A program made the position numbers and the translations under genes. 64,000 nucleotides of DNA, from the NCBI GenBank assembly GCA_963792965.1, contig CAWBYW010000007.1, forward strand, positions 448,001-512,000, in the 5' to 3' direction. Numbering within the stretch: the stretch's first letter is position 1; each line of letters starts with the position of its first letter. The notes beneath the pieces were generated by a model that was not told the DNA's origin, ran no database searches, and worked only from the letters and a program-made list of their open reading frames with translations. Shown piece by piece: positions 30,667-42,665 of the stretch. The stretch is from an uncultured delta proteobacterium (GTDB lineage: Bacteria > Desulfobacterota > Zymogenia > Zymogenales > Zymogenaceae).

Positions 30667-31519
30667 ACTACCGGCTGTGTGCGCACTATTTATTATCTGC
30701 GGCCTCCTTTCGCCCTCCGCCGGCGCCGCGAACATCGACTGCCCCGACCGCATGGCGCAGGGGGGAATCTGCCCGATAATCGTTTCCGGAGACGATACCG
30801 TCTCTTCAGTCACGGGGGCCTTCGGCAAGAGACACATCTATTTCAACCCGACCGGCACCCCCGGGACGTTTAGGGGGCTCTTGGGCGTCGACCTTGCGGC
30901 GGAGCCCGAGATGAAGCTTTTGATTATCACGACAAAGAAGGTCAACGGCACCGGGGAGATCGACACGAAGAACATTACAGTGAAGCCGGGCGATTTTTCC
31001 GTCCAGCGCCTAACCCTCGACAAGAAGTGGGAAGTCTTCGACGACAAGACTCGGGAGCGGATACAACACGAAAACAAGATCGCCTCGGCCCTCTATAGTA
31101 CGGAAACCCCGAAAAGGCTCTGGGAAGAGCCGTTCATGATGCCGCTCATCGGCCGGATCACCACGGGATTCGGGCTTATTCGCTATATAAACGGAGACCC
31201 GAGCACTTCCCACGCCGGACTCGATATCGGCGCCATTTCCGGCACGCAGGTGCTGGCCGCAAACGATGGGAGAGTTGCCCTCGTGATGGATATGTTTTTC
31301 TCGGGGCTCTCACTATTCATCGATCACGGCCAGGGCCTTTATACGACGTACTTCCACCTCTCCGACGTCCTCGTTAAGGAGGGTGATATAGTCAAGAGGG
31401 GACAGAAGATAGCGCTTGTGGGTGCGACCGGCCGGGTCACGGGTCCCCATCTTCACTTCGCCGTGCGGCTCAATTCCAATAAGGTAAACCCGTACGACCT
31501 TGTGGACAAGCAGTATTAG
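30653..31519 (+). CDS. M23 family metallopeptidase
   Basis: Signal peptide; HAGLD, IDHG, YFHLS, TGPHLHF. Confidence 0.9.
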   Translation: MKARRLPAVCALFIICGLLSPSAGAANIDCPDRMAQGGICPIIVSGDDTVSSVTGAFGKRHIYFNPTGTPGTFRGLLGVDLAAEPEMKLLIITTKKVNGTGEIDTKNITVKPGDFSVQRLTLDKKWEVFDDKTRERIQHENKIASALYSTETPKRLWEEPFMMPLIGRITTGFGLIRYINGDPSTSHAGLDIGAISGTQVLAANDGRVALVMDMFFSGLSLFIDHGQGLYTTYFHLSDVLVKEGDIVKRGQKIALVGATGRVTGPHLHFAVRLNSNKVNPYDLVDKQY

Positions 31520-31533
31520 CGAAATCCTTTCCC

Positions 31534-31562
31534 TTGACTTTACGGGAGGGAAGTAATAGGAT
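31534..31562 (+). promoter_or_regulatory. Putative sigma70 promoter upstream of xseB
   Basis: TTGACT-N17-TAGGAT. Confidence 0.45.
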
Positions 31563-31679
31563 ATTAAGATACGGTACGGGGTTGGTCCTCTTGCTTTTTT
31601 AAGGTGTCCGCCCGGGCGGCGGGGTCTTCCAAATCCGCCTTCTATGGGGATAACGGATTGGATAACGGGTGAGCTTCCT

Positions 31680-31916
31680 ATGGACGACATCGATTTCGAT
31701 TCAGGGCTGAGGCAGCTGGAACAGATCGTACAGAAACTCGAGGGCGGTCAGCTCACCCTTGAGGAGTCCCTCAAGGTATTCGAGGAAGGGATCGCACTTG
31801 TTCGTCTCCTTACCAAGAAACTGGACGAGGCCGAAAAGAAGATCGAGATTCTGACACAATCGGATAACGGGTCGATTCACATCGAGGATTTTGATCCAAA
31901 GGGAAAGGGAGAGTAG
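31680..31916 (+). CDS. xseB: Exodeoxyribonuclease VII small subunit
   Basis: LEQIVQKLE, LTLEESLKVFEEG, AEKKIEIL. Confidence 0.93.
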   Translation: MDDIDFDSGLRQLEQIVQKLEGGQLTLEESLKVFEEGIALVRLLTKKLDEAEKKIEILTQSDNGSIHIEDFDPKGKGE

Positions 31917-31987
31917 CGCCCTATTCATTGCAATGGGGCGTGCGGCACAACCGCGCGCGGCGTCTTTCTTCTCGACCAGGAGGCCAT

Positions 31988-32878
31988 ATCTTTAACCTTG
32001 CCGATTACCTCACCAAAAAGACGAGACTGATCGATCGGATGCTCCGCCGGATTATTGACGATCTTGACAATGCCTCCCCAACCTTGAAGGAGGCCGTGAG
32101 CTACAGCGTCTTCGCCGGAGGAAAACGGATCAGGCCGATACTCGCTATCGCCGCCGCTCAGGCCGTCGGAGGCAAGGAAAAGGACGCACTCTACGCCGGC
32201 GCGGCCATCGAGTGCATCCATACCTACTCCCTCATACACGATGATCTTCCCGCCATGGATGACGACGATCTGCGCCGTGGGATTCCCACCAGCCATAAGG
32301 TTTTCGGCGAGGCCGTCGCAATCCTGGCCGGCGATTGCCTTCTCACCAAGGCTTTTTCGCTCCTCTCCGACGCCTCCCTGTTTAACGCCGACAGCGGCCG
32401 TCTCCTCAAGGTCGCCCATGAGATCGCCGAGGCGGCCGGGGAACGGGGAATGGTCGGCGGACAGACTTTGGATATAGAGGCCGAGCAAAAGGAGACGGAT
32501 TTGGCCTCACTTGAATTCATCCACGTCAGGAAGACCGGCGCGCTGATCGTCGCCTCGGTTCGGGCAGGCAGCATACTGGGCGGCGGCACCGAGCAACAGC
32601 TCTCTTCTCTCACCGAGTACGCCCGAAACCTGGGGCTCGCCTTTCAGATCACCGACGATGTCCTGGACGTAACCTCAACGAAGGAGAAGATGGGAAAGGC
32701 CACCGGGAAAGACCACGTCAAAGGCAAGGCGACCTACCCGGCGCTCCTTGGCCTGACCGAGTCCAAGGCGCGGGCGCGTCAGCTCATAGACCGTGCCCTC
32801 GTGTCCCTCTCGGATTTCAACGACTCCGCCGAGGGCCTTCGGGCCATCGCACGGTTCGTAATCGAAAGACAGGTATAG
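31988..32878 (+). CDS. ispA: Farnesyl/geranylgeranyl diphosphate synthase (start codon uncertain)
   Basis: GGKRIRP, SLIHDDLPAMDDDDLRRG, KTGAL, FQITDDVLD, KATYP. Confidence 0.93.
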   Translation: MFNLADYLTKKTRLIDRMLRRIIDDLDNASPTLKEAVSYSVFAGGKRIRPILAIAAAQAVGGKEKDALYAGAAIECIHTYSLIHDDLPAMDDDDLRRGIPTSHKVFGEAVAILAGDCLLTKAFSLLSDASLFNADSGRLLKVAHEIAEAAGERGMVGGQTLDIEAEQKETDLASLEFIHVRKTGALIVASVRAGSILGGGTEQQLSSLTEYARNLGLAFQITDDVLDVTSTKEKMGKATGKDHVKGKATYPALLGLTESKARARQLIDRALVSLSDFNDSAEGLRAIARFVIERQV

Positions 32879-32884
32879 AAGACC

Positions 32885-34801
32885 ATGAGACGGATCCTCG
32901 ACGACATCGACCACCCCCAGGATATCAAAAAGCTCCCCATTGAGGAGCTTCCGCTGCTTGCCGAAGAGATCAGGCACGTCATCATCGAGACCGTCGCTAA
33001 GACGGGGGGACATCTCGCGTCGAGCCTCGGGACCGTCGACCTGACCCTTGCGCTCTACTATGTCTTTGACCCCGATACGGACCAGATTGTCTGGGACGTG
33101 GGGCACCAGGCCTATTGCCACAAGATCCTCACGGGACGTAAGGACACCTTTGGGACGCTCAGGAAGCTCGGCGGCATCTCCGGTTTTCCGCGGATCGACG
33201 AGAACCCGTACGACAACTTCGGCACGGGGCACAGCTCCACCTCAATCTCCGCGGCCCTCGGGATAGCCACCGCGCGCTGCCTCAAGAACGAGGCCGGCAG
33301 GGTTATCGCCGTCATCGGCGACGGCTCCATGACCGGGGGGCAGGCCTTCGAGGCCCTCAATCAGGCGGGGCATCTCCAGAAGAACATCATCGTCGTCCTC
33401 AACGACAACGAGATGTCCATAGACCCCAACGTGGGCGCTCTCTCGTCGTTCTTATCCCGAAAGCTTTCCACCAAGACGATCGTGCGGATGAAAAAGGAGA
33501 TCGAGATATTTCTCAGGTCGTTCCCGATGATCGGGGAGGAGATGGTAAAGGTGGCCAAGCGCGCCGAGGACGCCATCAAGGGTTTTATCACCCCCGGCAT
33601 GCTTTTTGAGTCGATGAATTTTCAATACTTCGGGCCGATCGACGGGCATCGAGTCGACCAGCTCGTCGAGACGCTCCGCAACGTCAGGGATATCAATGCG
33701 CCGATCATCGTCCACGTCCTCACAAAGAAGGGAAAGGGATACGAGCCCGCCGAAAAAAACCCGACACGGTTTCACGGCATCGGCCCCTTCGACGTAAAGA
33801 CCGGAAGGAGCGTAGCCACCGGAACCCACGTCCCGACGTACACCCAGGTCTTCAGCAAAGCCCTCCTCACGCTTGCCGCCAAAGACGACAGGATCGTCGC
33901 CATTACCGCCGCCATGGGCGAAGGGACGGGGCTTTCGGCCTTCGCCGAAAAATACCCTGATAGGTTCTACGATGTGGGTATTGCCGAGCAGCACGCCATC
34001 ACCTTTGCGGCGGGCCTGGCCACCCAGGGATTCGTTCCGGTCGTGGCGATCTATTCCACCTTTCTCCAGCGGGCATACGATCAGGTTCTTCATGACGTCT
34101 CACTTCAGAACCTTCCGGTCGTTATCGCCATCGACCGGGGCGGGATCGTCGGCGAAGACGGCCCCACCCATCACGGGATCTTCGACATCGCATACCTCCG
34201 ATGCGTCCCCAACCTCATCTTAATGGCGCCCAAAGACGAAAACGAGCTTACCCGAATGCTCGTTACCGCCGTCCGGGCGGGGAGGCCCGCCGCCATTCGG
34301 TACCCGCGGGGAAGCGGCATCGGGGTAAAACTTGATCCCCACCCGACCGCGATCCCCGTCGGCCAGTCCGAGGTGATCCAGGAGGGGGACGATATTACGA
34401 TCGTCGCAATCGGCTCGATGGTCAATCCCGCCGCCGAGGCGGCCCAGAGGCTTTCGGCAATGGGGATTGCCGCAACAGTGATCAATGCCCGCTTCGTCAA
34501 ACCCCTCGACAGCGCCACCATAGGCCGCTTCGCCCGGAGGACCGGAATCGTTCTTACCGTCGAGGAGGGGATCCTCTCCGGCGGATTCGGCGGTGCCGTC
34601 CTGGAAGATCTCATGCTCACCATCGATACGCCTATCCATGTCAAATCGATGGGCATCCCGGACCGGTTCGTGGAACACGGCCCCCAGGAGATCCTCAGGG
34701 AAAAATACGATCTCTCCGCCCGGGGAATTACAAAGGCCGCGCTCGATCTTGTCACGCGCAAAGCCGAGGGCCTGCATGAGAGCGCCGACCACACGGGGTA
34801 A
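32885..34801 (+). CDS. dxs: 1-deoxy-D-xylulose-5-phosphate synthase
   Basis: [50 protein letters not shown]. Confidence 0.97.
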   Translation: MRRILDDIDHPQDIKKLPIEELPLLAEEIRHVIIETVAKTGGHLASSLGTVDLTLALYYVFDPDTDQIVWDVGHQAYCHKILTGRKDTFGTLRKLGGISGFPRIDENPYDNFGTGHSSTSISAALGIATARCLKNEAGRVIAVIGDGSMTGGQAFEALNQAGHLQKNIIVVLNDNEMSIDPNVGALSSFLSRKLSTKTIVRMKKEIEIFLRSFPMIGEEMVKVAKRAEDAIKGFITPGMLFESMNFQYFGPIDGHRVDQLVETLRNVRDINAPIIVHVLTKKGKGYEPAEKNPTRFHGIGPFDVKTGRSVATGTHVPTYTQVFSKALLTLAAKDDRIVAITAAMGEGTGLSAFAEKYPDRFYDVGIAEQHAITFAAGLATQGFVPVVAIYSTFLQRAYDQVLHDVSLQNLPVVIAIDRGGIVGEDGPTHHGIFDIAYLRCVPNLILMAPKDENELTRMLVTAVRAGRPAAIRYPRGSGIGVKLDPHPTAIPVGQSEVIQEGDDITIVAIGSMVNPAAEAAQRLSAMGIAATVINARFVKPLDSATIGRFARRTGIVLTVEEGILSGGFGGAVLEDLMLTIDTPIHVKSMGIPDRFVEHGPQEILREKYDLSARGITKAALDLVTRKAEGLHESADHTG

Positions 34802-35539
34802 GGAGCGCATCGATCTCGTCATGGTCGATCGGGGGCTGGTGGAATCCCGCCATAAGGCCCGCGCAGTGATCCTGGCGGGCTCGGTGCTCGTCAACGGGAT
34901 CAGGGTCGATAAGGCCGGCGCGATGATCGACCCCGACGCCGATATCGTCCTGGTCGACCGACCCTCCCCTTTCGTGAGCCGGGGCGGCCAGAAGCTTGCC
35001 GCGGCCCTTGATAGAGTTCGGGGTCGATGTCACGGGCCTGACGCTCTTGGACGTGGGGGCCTCCACCGGCGGCTTCACCGACTGCCTCCTCAAGGCGGGG
35101 GCGGCGCGCGTCTATTGCGCTGGACGTTGGCTACGGTCAGCTTGCCTGGGAGCTGAGGAGCGATGCGCGCGTCATCACGATGGAGCGGACCAACATCCGG
35201 TACGCAAAGAGGTCCGACTTTCCCCACGACATAGACGGCGCTGTCATAGACGTCTCGTTCATCTCGCTCAGGTTGGTGCTGCCGGTTGTCCGGGATATCG
35301 TCGGGCCGGCGGGTTTCGTCATCGCCCTCATCAAGCCCCAGTTCGAGGTGGGGAGGCAGGACGTGGGGAAAGGCGGTGTCGTGAGGGACCCGGCGAAACA
35401 TCAGCGGGTCGTCGGAGCCATCGTGGATTTTGCGCAAGGCATCGGCTTTTCGGTCGGGGGGACGATCGACTCTCCCCTCCTGGGCCCCAAGGGAAACAAG
35501 GAGTTTCTTTATATATCTCAAGAAGGAATAATGATATGA
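34776..35539 (+). CDS. tlyA: TlyA family rRNA methyltransferase; two frameshifts (~35010, ~35120)
   Basis: ERID S4 domain, [39 protein letters not shown]. Confidence 0.9.
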
Positions 35540-36348
35540 GGCCGAATCGGGCCAAACCCTATTTCGACACGAAGCTCCCCATCGTGCTTGCCCACCGTGG
35601 GGCGAGCGGCACCGTCCCGGAAAACACGATACCGGCTTTCGAGGAGGCCGTGAAGATGGGGGCGCTCTATCTCGAAACGGACGTTCAGATCACAAAAGAC
35701 GGCGTGCTCGTCCTCGCCCACGACCCCCACCTCGGCCGGACGGCGGGCGTCGAGAAAGCGATCAAAGACCTCACCTTTAAGGAGCTCAGAGCTATCGACG
35801 TCGGCGCGGCGTTCTCGTCGGACGGGGGGAATACCTTCCCCTTCCGGGGCAAGGGGTTTGTCGTCGCCACCCTCGACGAGTTCCTGAAGCGTTTTAAGGA
35901 CCGGCGTGCGAATATCGAGGTAAAAGACGGCACGCCCGCCACCGCGCGGCTCGTCCTGGATATGCTGAAAAAGTATAGGGCCGAGGATCGGGTGCTCTTG
36001 GCATCGGAAAAGAGTGAAGCCCTCCCCTTCATCAGAAAAGAGGCCTCCCACATCGCCACGAGCGCCTGCCGAAAAGAGGTCCTCCGGTTTCTCTGGCAGT
36101 CGAAATTCATGAAAGGCTCCATGCGGGCACCGGCCTTCGATGCCCTCCAGGTCCCCGAGGGGCAGTTCGGAATAAAGGTGGTCAACGGGAATTTCCTCGA
36201 CGCGGCCCATCGGTTCGGCGTTCAGGTCCACGTCTGGACGATCAATAAAAAAGAGGATATGGAGCGTCTGTTCGCGCTCGGCGTCGACGGCATCTTTACC
36301 GACTTCCCCAAAATCGGCCTCCAAGCCGCCGCATCGCGCCGGCGATAG
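35536..36348 (+). CDS. Glycerophosphodiester phosphodiesterase
   Basis: AHRGAS, PENT, ETDV, NIEVK, VWTIN, DGIFTDFP. Confidence 0.92.
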   Translation: MRPNRAKPYFDTKLPIVLAHRGASGTVPENTIPAFEEAVKMGALYLETDVQITKDGVLVLAHDPHLGRTAGVEKAIKDLTFKELRAIDVGAAFSSDGGNTFPFRGKGFVVATLDEFLKRFKDRRANIEVKDGTPATARLVLDMLKKYRAEDRVLLASEKSEALPFIRKEASHIATSACRKEVLRFLWQSKFMKGSMRAPAFDALQVPEGQFGIKVVNGNFLDAAHRFGVQVHVWTINKKEDMERLFALGVDGIFTDFPKIGLQAAASRRR

Positions 36349-36366
36349 GCAACGGGCCCCACACCG

Positions 36367-37963
36367 ATGACTTTCACGTCAAAGCACGACGCACGATCCG
36401 GGCTCCCGGCCGCGCTTATTGTCGTCGTGCTCCTCGTGGCCTCGCTGTCGATCCATCTGATCGGCCTTGACCTCCCCTGGCGCGGGCCGCTTGATTCGAT
36501 CGGAGCGTGGAACTCCCACAACGCGGATTTCCTGATCAATCACGGGGCAGCGGTGACGAAGCTTGCCCTCGTCACGTCGGCCGGCTCTGTCGGCCCCGGC
36601 GATATAGAGTTCCGCCATACCCACCCGAGCCTCATCATTCTGTGGCTTGCGCTCTTCCGGGGCCCGCTGGGCACAGGCGAATGGACATCGAGGCTTGCGG
36701 CGATCGTGTTGTCCCTCATGCTCATCTGCTTCACCTATCTGATCGCCCGGCTGATAACCGACGCCCGGGTCTCTCGTCTTGTTCTGCTGGTCGCGGTCTT
36801 GCTGCCAATGGAGGCTTACTGGGGCAGGCTGCCGAGCGAGACACTCGCCGCATCGGCGCTGATGGCGGGCGCCGTCTATTTCTATCTCGCATACCGCCTC
36901 GGGCGCGGACACATTTTCGTCGTCTTTTTCTTCCTCTTTCATTTCCTGAGCTGTATGTCCGACTGGATCGCCTACCTGTTGCCCGCCGCCCTGATACTCT
37001 TTGAGCTCGCCGGACGCACGAGGCGCTTCCTGGTTCCCCTGGTCGCCCTCGGCCTCAATTTTATCTATTTCGGGATATTCGTCCTGCAGGGCTATTGGGC
37101 CGACGGAGACCTCTTCTTTCAGAAACTATTGGCCAGCGCATCCCCGTGGACGGGAACGAGCGCCGGCCGATATCTTATACGGTTCGGCGAAGATCGCCCT
37201 TCACATGGGGCTCTATTTCACGCTGCCGCTCTGTCTTGCGGCCGTCACCTGGCTCTTCCTCTTCCTGAGGCGATCGGCGGACAAAAAGGCGCCCGTCGAC
37301 GCGAGGACGAGCTATGTCTTCGCCGTCCCACTGATCTTCCTTTCGATCTTCGGCGTCTGGGCGCTCGTCTTCCCGAATCACGTGATCAATCACGAGGTCC
37401 TCCTCCACCCGTTGAGCCCCTTCTTCCCCCTGGCCTTCGGCCTCGTGATCTCCCGTTTCCCGGAGTGGACCCGTAAGCCTTTCCTCACGGTGCTCGTCGT
37501 AGTTTTGATGGTCGCTCAGCTCGGTGGCGTGCTTGCGTTGCGCTATTCGCGTCAGGACGGCTATCCCGTGGACTATCCCCTGTCAAGGGAGATGGAATCG
37601 GTTACGGACTATCGCGAGCATATCATCACCCACGTTACGCTCGCCCCGAGGTATTACCAGTTCTACTGCGATCGGGACATGCTTATGGGCGTCGGCACGA
37701 TACCCGAGTTCTTAAAGGCCACATCCCGTGGCAGATACACGACCTTCGTGGCGCTCGACCTCGACGCCTTCCTCTCCTCGTACCCTGAGATAGAAAGGGA
37801 CCCCGACGACCTCCTCGCAAAAGGCCGTCTCGCCGCAGACCCCGGACTCCTTTCCTACCTGAGGGTGCACTACCCTTGCGCGCGGGTATCCTATTTCCTG
37901 AAGTTCGATCTCGCAAAAAGAAACGGGCCCGACCTGTCGGCGGACCCAGATGCGGGACGATAG
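36367..37963 (+). CDS. Multi-TM glycosyltransferase (ArnT/PMT, GT-C like); frameshift near 37185
   Basis: HP motif, G-GEWTSRL, many TM helices across two ORF pieces. Confidence 0.6.
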
Positions 37964-37993
37964 GCTCCCGCACGGATTCAAAGGATATCCGTT

Positions 37994-38884
37994 CTATCCC
38001 TTCCTCCTTTCCTCCGAGGTAAACCGGACGCTCTTGAGCTCCCGGGGTATGCTCCTCTTGAACTTCACGGCGGGATAGCCGAGCATAACCCCAGCGTAGA
38101 CGCCGTTTCTTTCGGGGATGCCCAGCATTTCCTTGATTTTCTTGGCGCGGTTTACAACGGGCGGGATCAGACCGGAAACGCAACTCCCCAGCCCGAGCGA
38201 GACGGCGGCGACGGTGGCGTAAGACGACGCGATGAAGCAGTCCTGCTCGATGGATACCTTGTACTTGTCGCCGTGGAAAATCAGCAGAGCCGGGGCGCCG
38301 TAGGTGAAGTATTCCCGCTCCTTTTCGCTCTGTGTGAGTGCATGGCGCGCCGCCGGGACCACGTGACTCTTCAGGGCGTGGTACATCGGTCCGCCCTGCG
38401 CCAGCCGCATGACGCCCCTCGTCACGGGGTTGCCCATCATGAACAACAGGCCCTCGTACTGCTTTCTCACCTCCACCAGCAGCGCCTCGATGTCCGGCCT
38501 GCGGTCGAGCACGAGCACCTCCACGTCCGTCGGCGGAACGCCCATGGGCGCCGTGGCCGCCGCGGCAATAACCGACTTGATGACATCCTTCGGCACCGGG
38601 TCTTTCTTGTAGTTTCTGACGGATCTCCGGGTACGGAGAGACGCCAACAGTGTATCGAAGTCGACGGTCTTCTTTGTCAGCGGGGCGAAGTCCTTATAGT
38701 CAAGACCTTCGACCTTAATGGAGCGCGACGGGCAGATCGACATGCACAGGCCGCACCGGAAGCAGTCCCAGTCCTTGAAGGAAAGAACCTCGAACCGCCC
38801 GTCTACCTCGTGTATGATCCTGGCCCCGCAGACCCGCGCGCAGAGGCCGCAGTCGGTGCAGGTCGTGTGATTGATCCGCGTCAT
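37994..38884 (-). CDS. Nitroreductase family protein with N-terminal 2x[4Fe-4S] ferredoxin domain
   Basis: CTDCGLCARVC, CFRCGLCMSICP, RRSVRNY, GLGSC, LGYP. Confidence 0.9.
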   Translation of the reverse strand: MTRINHTTCTDCGLCARVCGARIIHEVDGRFEVLSFKDWDCFRCGLCMSICPSRSIKVEGLDYKDFAPLTKKTVDFDTLLASLRTRRSVRNYKKDPVPKDVIKSVIAAAATAPMGVPPTDVEVLVLDRRPDIEALLVEVRKQYEGLLFMMGNPVTRGVMRLAQGGPMYHALKSHVVPAARHALTQSEKEREYFTYGAPALLIFHGDKYKVSIEQDCFIASSYATVAAVSLGLGSCVSGLIPPVVNRAKKIKEMLGIPERNGVYAGVMLGYPAVKFKRSIPRELKSVRFTSEERRKG

Positions 38885-39019
38885 CCGTTTACCCCCTCGT
38901 GGTGCCGGTGTATCGCGCCCGGCATAGCCCGGCGCACCACGATTATAGACCGATTGAGCCGCGAGTCAAGCGCCGTCTTATCCGGTCCCCGAGTTAAGGG
39001 AACGCGAGCACTGCCGCAT

Positions 39020-39646
39020 CTATTCGATGGGTTTTCCCGATATCGTGAAGACACAGGCGGGCGCGCCCATCGCCCGGCACTCGGTCTCCTTCACCTGGTA
39101 GCGTTTACCCGTCGCCCAGAAGACGGACTCGTCGTCGAACCCCTCCTCCCCAAAACAGACGACACCCTCGCTCCCCTTGATGTCGTGGCACCAGCTGCAT
39201 CGGTTGATCCTGATCTCAAACCCGTCGGCCGTCTTCTTGAATTCCTGGTGTCCCTCGCCGAATATCTTGTTGGTCTCATAGCAGATGGCGCCCTGTATCG
39301 CCATGATCCGATCGTCGTCACTGCCCAGCTTCTTGAGCTCCATCCCGACAAGACCGAAGAGCTCGGGGCTCTTTTCGACGACAAACTGAAATCCGCGCCT
39401 CCCTGCCGTCTTCAGGATCGCCCGCGCGCCTTTGGGGCCGACGACGTCGATCGTCCCCTTCACGAGGTGAGAGAAATCGATCGCGTTCGATTCGGTTTGC
39501 GAGTCGTTGGGTGGATAGTTGTTCCTGAATTTCGAAAGGCCGGAGATATTGAGTATGGAGAAAAGACCGTTGAGCCCCATGATGTCTTCGATGGTAATGA
39601 GGGCGACATAGATGAGGGAATTGGGTATTTTTCGCTCTTCCAGCAT
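39020..39646 (-). CDS. Stand-alone V4R (4-vinyl reductase) domain protein
   Basis: CSWC...VC...ETECRAMGAPACVF V4R cysteine pattern. Confidence 0.75.
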   Translation of the reverse strand: MLEERKIPNSLIYVALITIEDIMGLNGLFSILNISGLSKFRNNYPPNDSQTESNAIDFSHLVKGTIDVVGPKGARAILKTAGRRGFQFVVEKSPELFGLVGMELKKLGSDDDRIMAIQGAICYETNKIFGEGHQEFKKTADGFEIRINRCSWCHDIKGSEGVVCFGEEGFDDESVFWATGKRYQVKETECRAMGAPACVFTISGKPIE

Positions 39647-39875
39647 CGGATCCTCCTGAGAAGGGGTAGGTGGGATTGTGATACGTCCGGCGGCAATCAT
39701 AATACAAAATACAGTTCGAGTGCAAAATAAATAACATATCCGCAAAAAATTTTCCCGTCACTCCGTCGACCCGGATCCCGCCTCGGGCCCATTCGTATTT
39801 GACTTGACAGCATCGCCCCAAAAGAAATATAAATGAAACAGGTTTCTTTTCCTCTTTACGCATCAAAGAGCCGAC

Positions 39876-41930
39876 GTGAGGTTTACTATGAGCCGGTGGA
39901 TAAAGGGAGTCCTGTTATGCGTGGTGACCGTCGTCGTGGTTATCGTCCTCTTCTTCCTCTTCCTCTTCAAGGTCTACCCGAGGGTTGACTACTCCGTCCC
40001 CCTTGCCGGGACGGCGGCGGACTACGAGATCAAAAAGGTCGGTGACTCGCTCATCCTGGTCGAAAATGCCCTCCCCTACCCCACTGATTTCGACACGGCC
40101 ACCTACCCGGCACAGGACCTCGGCGGAACCTGGAAGATGCGCTTTGACCCCGCCGAAATCGGGGAAAAAGACGGCTGGCAGCACGTCACAGAGCCCGACG
40201 AGAGCTGGACCGATATCACGATCCCGTCCACCTACAACAGCTACGACGGCCCGTACCGCAAGCACCTCGGCGTCGTCTGGTTCATGGTGAAGTTCGTTCC
40301 CACAAAAGACCGGACCGACAGCTCATTTGTCCGCCTCGGCTTTGACGGGGTGCTCTTGCGCTCCAAGGTCTGGCTCAACGGGATACCCGTCGGCTCCCAC
40401 GAAGGCGGCTACACGCCCTTCTATCTGGACGTGACCACGGCCGTGAGGCCCGGCAAGGAAAACGTGCTCGTCGTCAGGACCGACAACCGCCTGACGTTTG
40501 ACTCGCTTCCCGTCAAGTCGTGGAAGGGGCACACCGCCGGCTGGGGTTACTACGGCGGGATATACCGGGATGTGCATCTGGCCTGGCTCCCCCGGACCTA
40601 TCTCTTTAAGGCGGTCGTCACCTCTGAGACAAAGCCCGAATCCGGGACCGTCACCGTCGACTATTTCGTCCACAGCCGTGGGGACCATAGCGCGTACACC
40701 GTCTCGGGCGCGCTGACGGACCCCTCCGGGAGGCGCTACGAGATTCCCCCCCAGACCCACACCCCCGCCGGTGAGTTTGACGAACAGCGGATCGCCGTGC
40801 CGATCGGTCGGCCCGCCCTCTGGTCGCCGGAGTCCCCAAGGCTCTACACGCTGGCGTTGACGCTTGCCTCCGGGACGAAAAAGGAGACGTTGACCACGAA
40901 GATCGGCCTGCGCACGATCACGGTCGGCGCGGACGGCCTCTTCCTCAACGGGAAGAAGATCTTTTTGAGGGGCATCAGCAAGCACGAGGACGACCCGAAG
41001 CTCGGCGCCACGCTGACCAACAAGATAGTCGACCGCGACCTGTCGCTCATACAGGACATGGGGGCCGATTTTATCAGGCTTGCCCACTACCCGCACGACG
41101 AAAAGGAGCTCCATGCCGTCCGGGACCGGGGCATCATGGTCTCCGAGGAGATCCCCTACTATAAGGTGGGGATCGGCTGGGCGGAGTGGTTCCAGGAGAA
41201 GAAGGGCATCCTCGCCTTCCCGGTCGGGACCTTCGGGATGAAGCAGCTGGATGGCCTGCCCCTCATGAGGATCGCCCAGCGCCAGCTCATCGAGATGGTC
41301 GAGCGGGACCGCAACAACCCGGCCGTGATCATGTGGCTGGTCGCAAACGAGACCTACACGCTCTTTGAGGAGGGAGGCAGATATCACGGCTGGATGCGGG
41401 ACGTGGTCCGCGCGTTCGACGCCACGCGCCCCGTCACGATGGCCGAGCAGACCTACGACAAGCCTCTGCTCGATGACCACCGGCGCTCGGCCGACTATAT
41501 GGACGTCGTCTCGCTGAACACCTACTTCGGTTGGTACTACGGCACGTTCGACGGCATAGATGCGCACCTCGGCCATTTCCACACCCTCTTCCCCGACAAG
41601 CCGATCTTCCTGACCGAGTTCGGCGCCGAGGCCGGCCCCGGCCGGCACGACACCGACGGGCTCTGGGTGGGCGAGCGCGTGAGCCCGGGCAAGACCTACT
41701 CCGAGGAATATCAGGACAAGGTGATCCGCGGATACCTCGGGATCGCCGTGGAGAAGAAATACGTCATCGGGGTGTGCCCCTGGGTCTTCGCCGACTTCTG
41801 GGACCCCTGGTTCCCCCACAACCCGGTGCCCGACTACAACACCAAGGGGGTCGTCTCGCGCGACCGGGTCCCGAAGCTCTCCTACTATTCCCTGAAGCAG
41901 CTCTATACCGACATGAAGGAAAAGCCGTAA
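39876..41930 (+). CDS. Membrane-anchored glycoside hydrolase family 2 (beta-glucuronidase/galactosidase-like)
   Basis: N-terminal TM; [26 protein letters not shown] acid/base, TEFG nucleophile. Confidence 0.9.
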   Translation: MRFTMSRWIKGVLLCVVTVVVVIVLFFLFLFKVYPRVDYSVPLAGTAADYEIKKVGDSLILVENALPYPTDFDTATYPAQDLGGTWKMRFDPAEIGEKDGWQHVTEPDESWTDITIPSTYNSYDGPYRKHLGVVWFMVKFVPTKDRTDSSFVRLGFDGVLLRSKVWLNGIPVGSHEGGYTPFYLDVTTAVRPGKENVLVVRTDNRLTFDSLPVKSWKGHTAGWGYYGGIYRDVHLAWLPRTYLFKAVVTSETKPESGTVTVDYFVHSRGDHSAYTVSGALTDPSGRRYEIPPQTHTPAGEFDEQRIAVPIGRPALWSPESPRLYTLALTLASGTKKETLTTKIGLRTITVGADGLFLNGKKIFLRGISKHEDDPKLGATLTNKIVDRDLSLIQDMGADFIRLAHYPHDEKELHAVRDRGIMVSEEIPYYKVGIGWAEWFQEKKGILAFPVGTFGMKQLDGLPLMRIAQRQLIEMVERDRNNPAVIMWLVANETYTLFEEGGRYHGWMRDVVRAFDATRPVTMAEQTYDKPLLDDHRRSADYMDVVSLNTYFGWYYGTFDGIDAHLGHFHTLFPDKPIFLTEFGAEAGPGRHDTDGLWVGERVSPGKTYSEEYQDKVIRGYLGIAVEKKYVIGVCPWVFADFWDPWFPHNPVPDYNTKGVVSRDRVPKLSYYSLKQLYTDMKEKP

Positions 41931-41947
41931 CCGGCAAGGACACGCAT

Positions 41948-42535
41948 ATGGCACGAAAGGCAGAGATTACCAGGAAGACCACCGAGACGAACGTAAGCCT
42001 CACGCTCGATCTCGACGGCGAGGGAAAGTATAAAGTTTCGAGCCCCGCCCCGTTTCTGAACCACATGCTGGAGCTTTTTTCCCGCCACGGGCTCTTCGAC
42101 CTGACGCTCGAGGCCACGGGGGACAGCGACATCGACCTCCACCACACGGTCGAGGATATCGGGATCTGCCTCGGCGACGCCGTGGACAAGGCCCTCGGGG
42201 ACAAATCCGGCATCACGCGCTACGGCACCTCCACCGTCCCCATGGACGAGGCGCTGGCCACCGTCGTGGTGGACCTCTCGGGGAGGCCCTTTCTGGTCTA
42301 TGAAGTGGAGTTCGGGTCCGACAAGGTCGGCGAGTTTGACCTCGAGCTCTTCGAGGAATTCTTCAAGAGCTTCGCGAACCATGCAAAGGCCAATGTCCAC
42401 GTCGTGATACACCACGGCAAGAACGCCCACCACATGGCCGAATCGTGCTTCAAGGCGTTCGCCCGGGCGCTGTCCGACGCGGTCAGGATCGACCCACGGA
42501 TAAAGGGCGTGCTGTCGACCAAGGGGAAGCTGTAA
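41948..42535 (+). CDS. hisB: Imidazoleglycerol-phosphate dehydratase
   Basis: [35 protein letters not shown]. Confidence 0.96.
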   Translation: MARKAEITRKTTETNVSLTLDLDGEGKYKVSSPAPFLNHMLELFSRHGLFDLTLEATGDSDIDLHHTVEDIGICLGDAVDKALGDKSGITRYGTSTVPMDEALATVVVDLSGRPFLVYEVEFGSDKVGEFDLELFEEFFKSFANHAKANVHVVIHHGKNAHHMAESCFKAFARALSDAVRIDPRIKGVLSTKGKL

Positions 42536-42665
42536 CCTCCCCCAAGAATGCGAGCATTTTTGGGGGCCCCGGTGTCGCCCCACGAAGCCTATTTCATGGA
42601 TACCCCCTGTTCATCCGACAGAACGGCTTTTCCGGCCGTGAGTTCTTGCCGGAGAGGATTTGTAC

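Noticed and set aside
31563-31679. Possible ncRNA (6S/SRP-like) between the M23 gene and xseB
   Set aside because: Only short weak hairpins and no recognisable family motifs; reads as an ordinary 5' UTR
34776-37963. Programmed frameshifting or pseudogenisation in tlyA and the glycosyltransferase
   Set aside because: No slippery heptamer or stimulatory structure seen; the same indel pattern affects essential genes, so artefact is more likely
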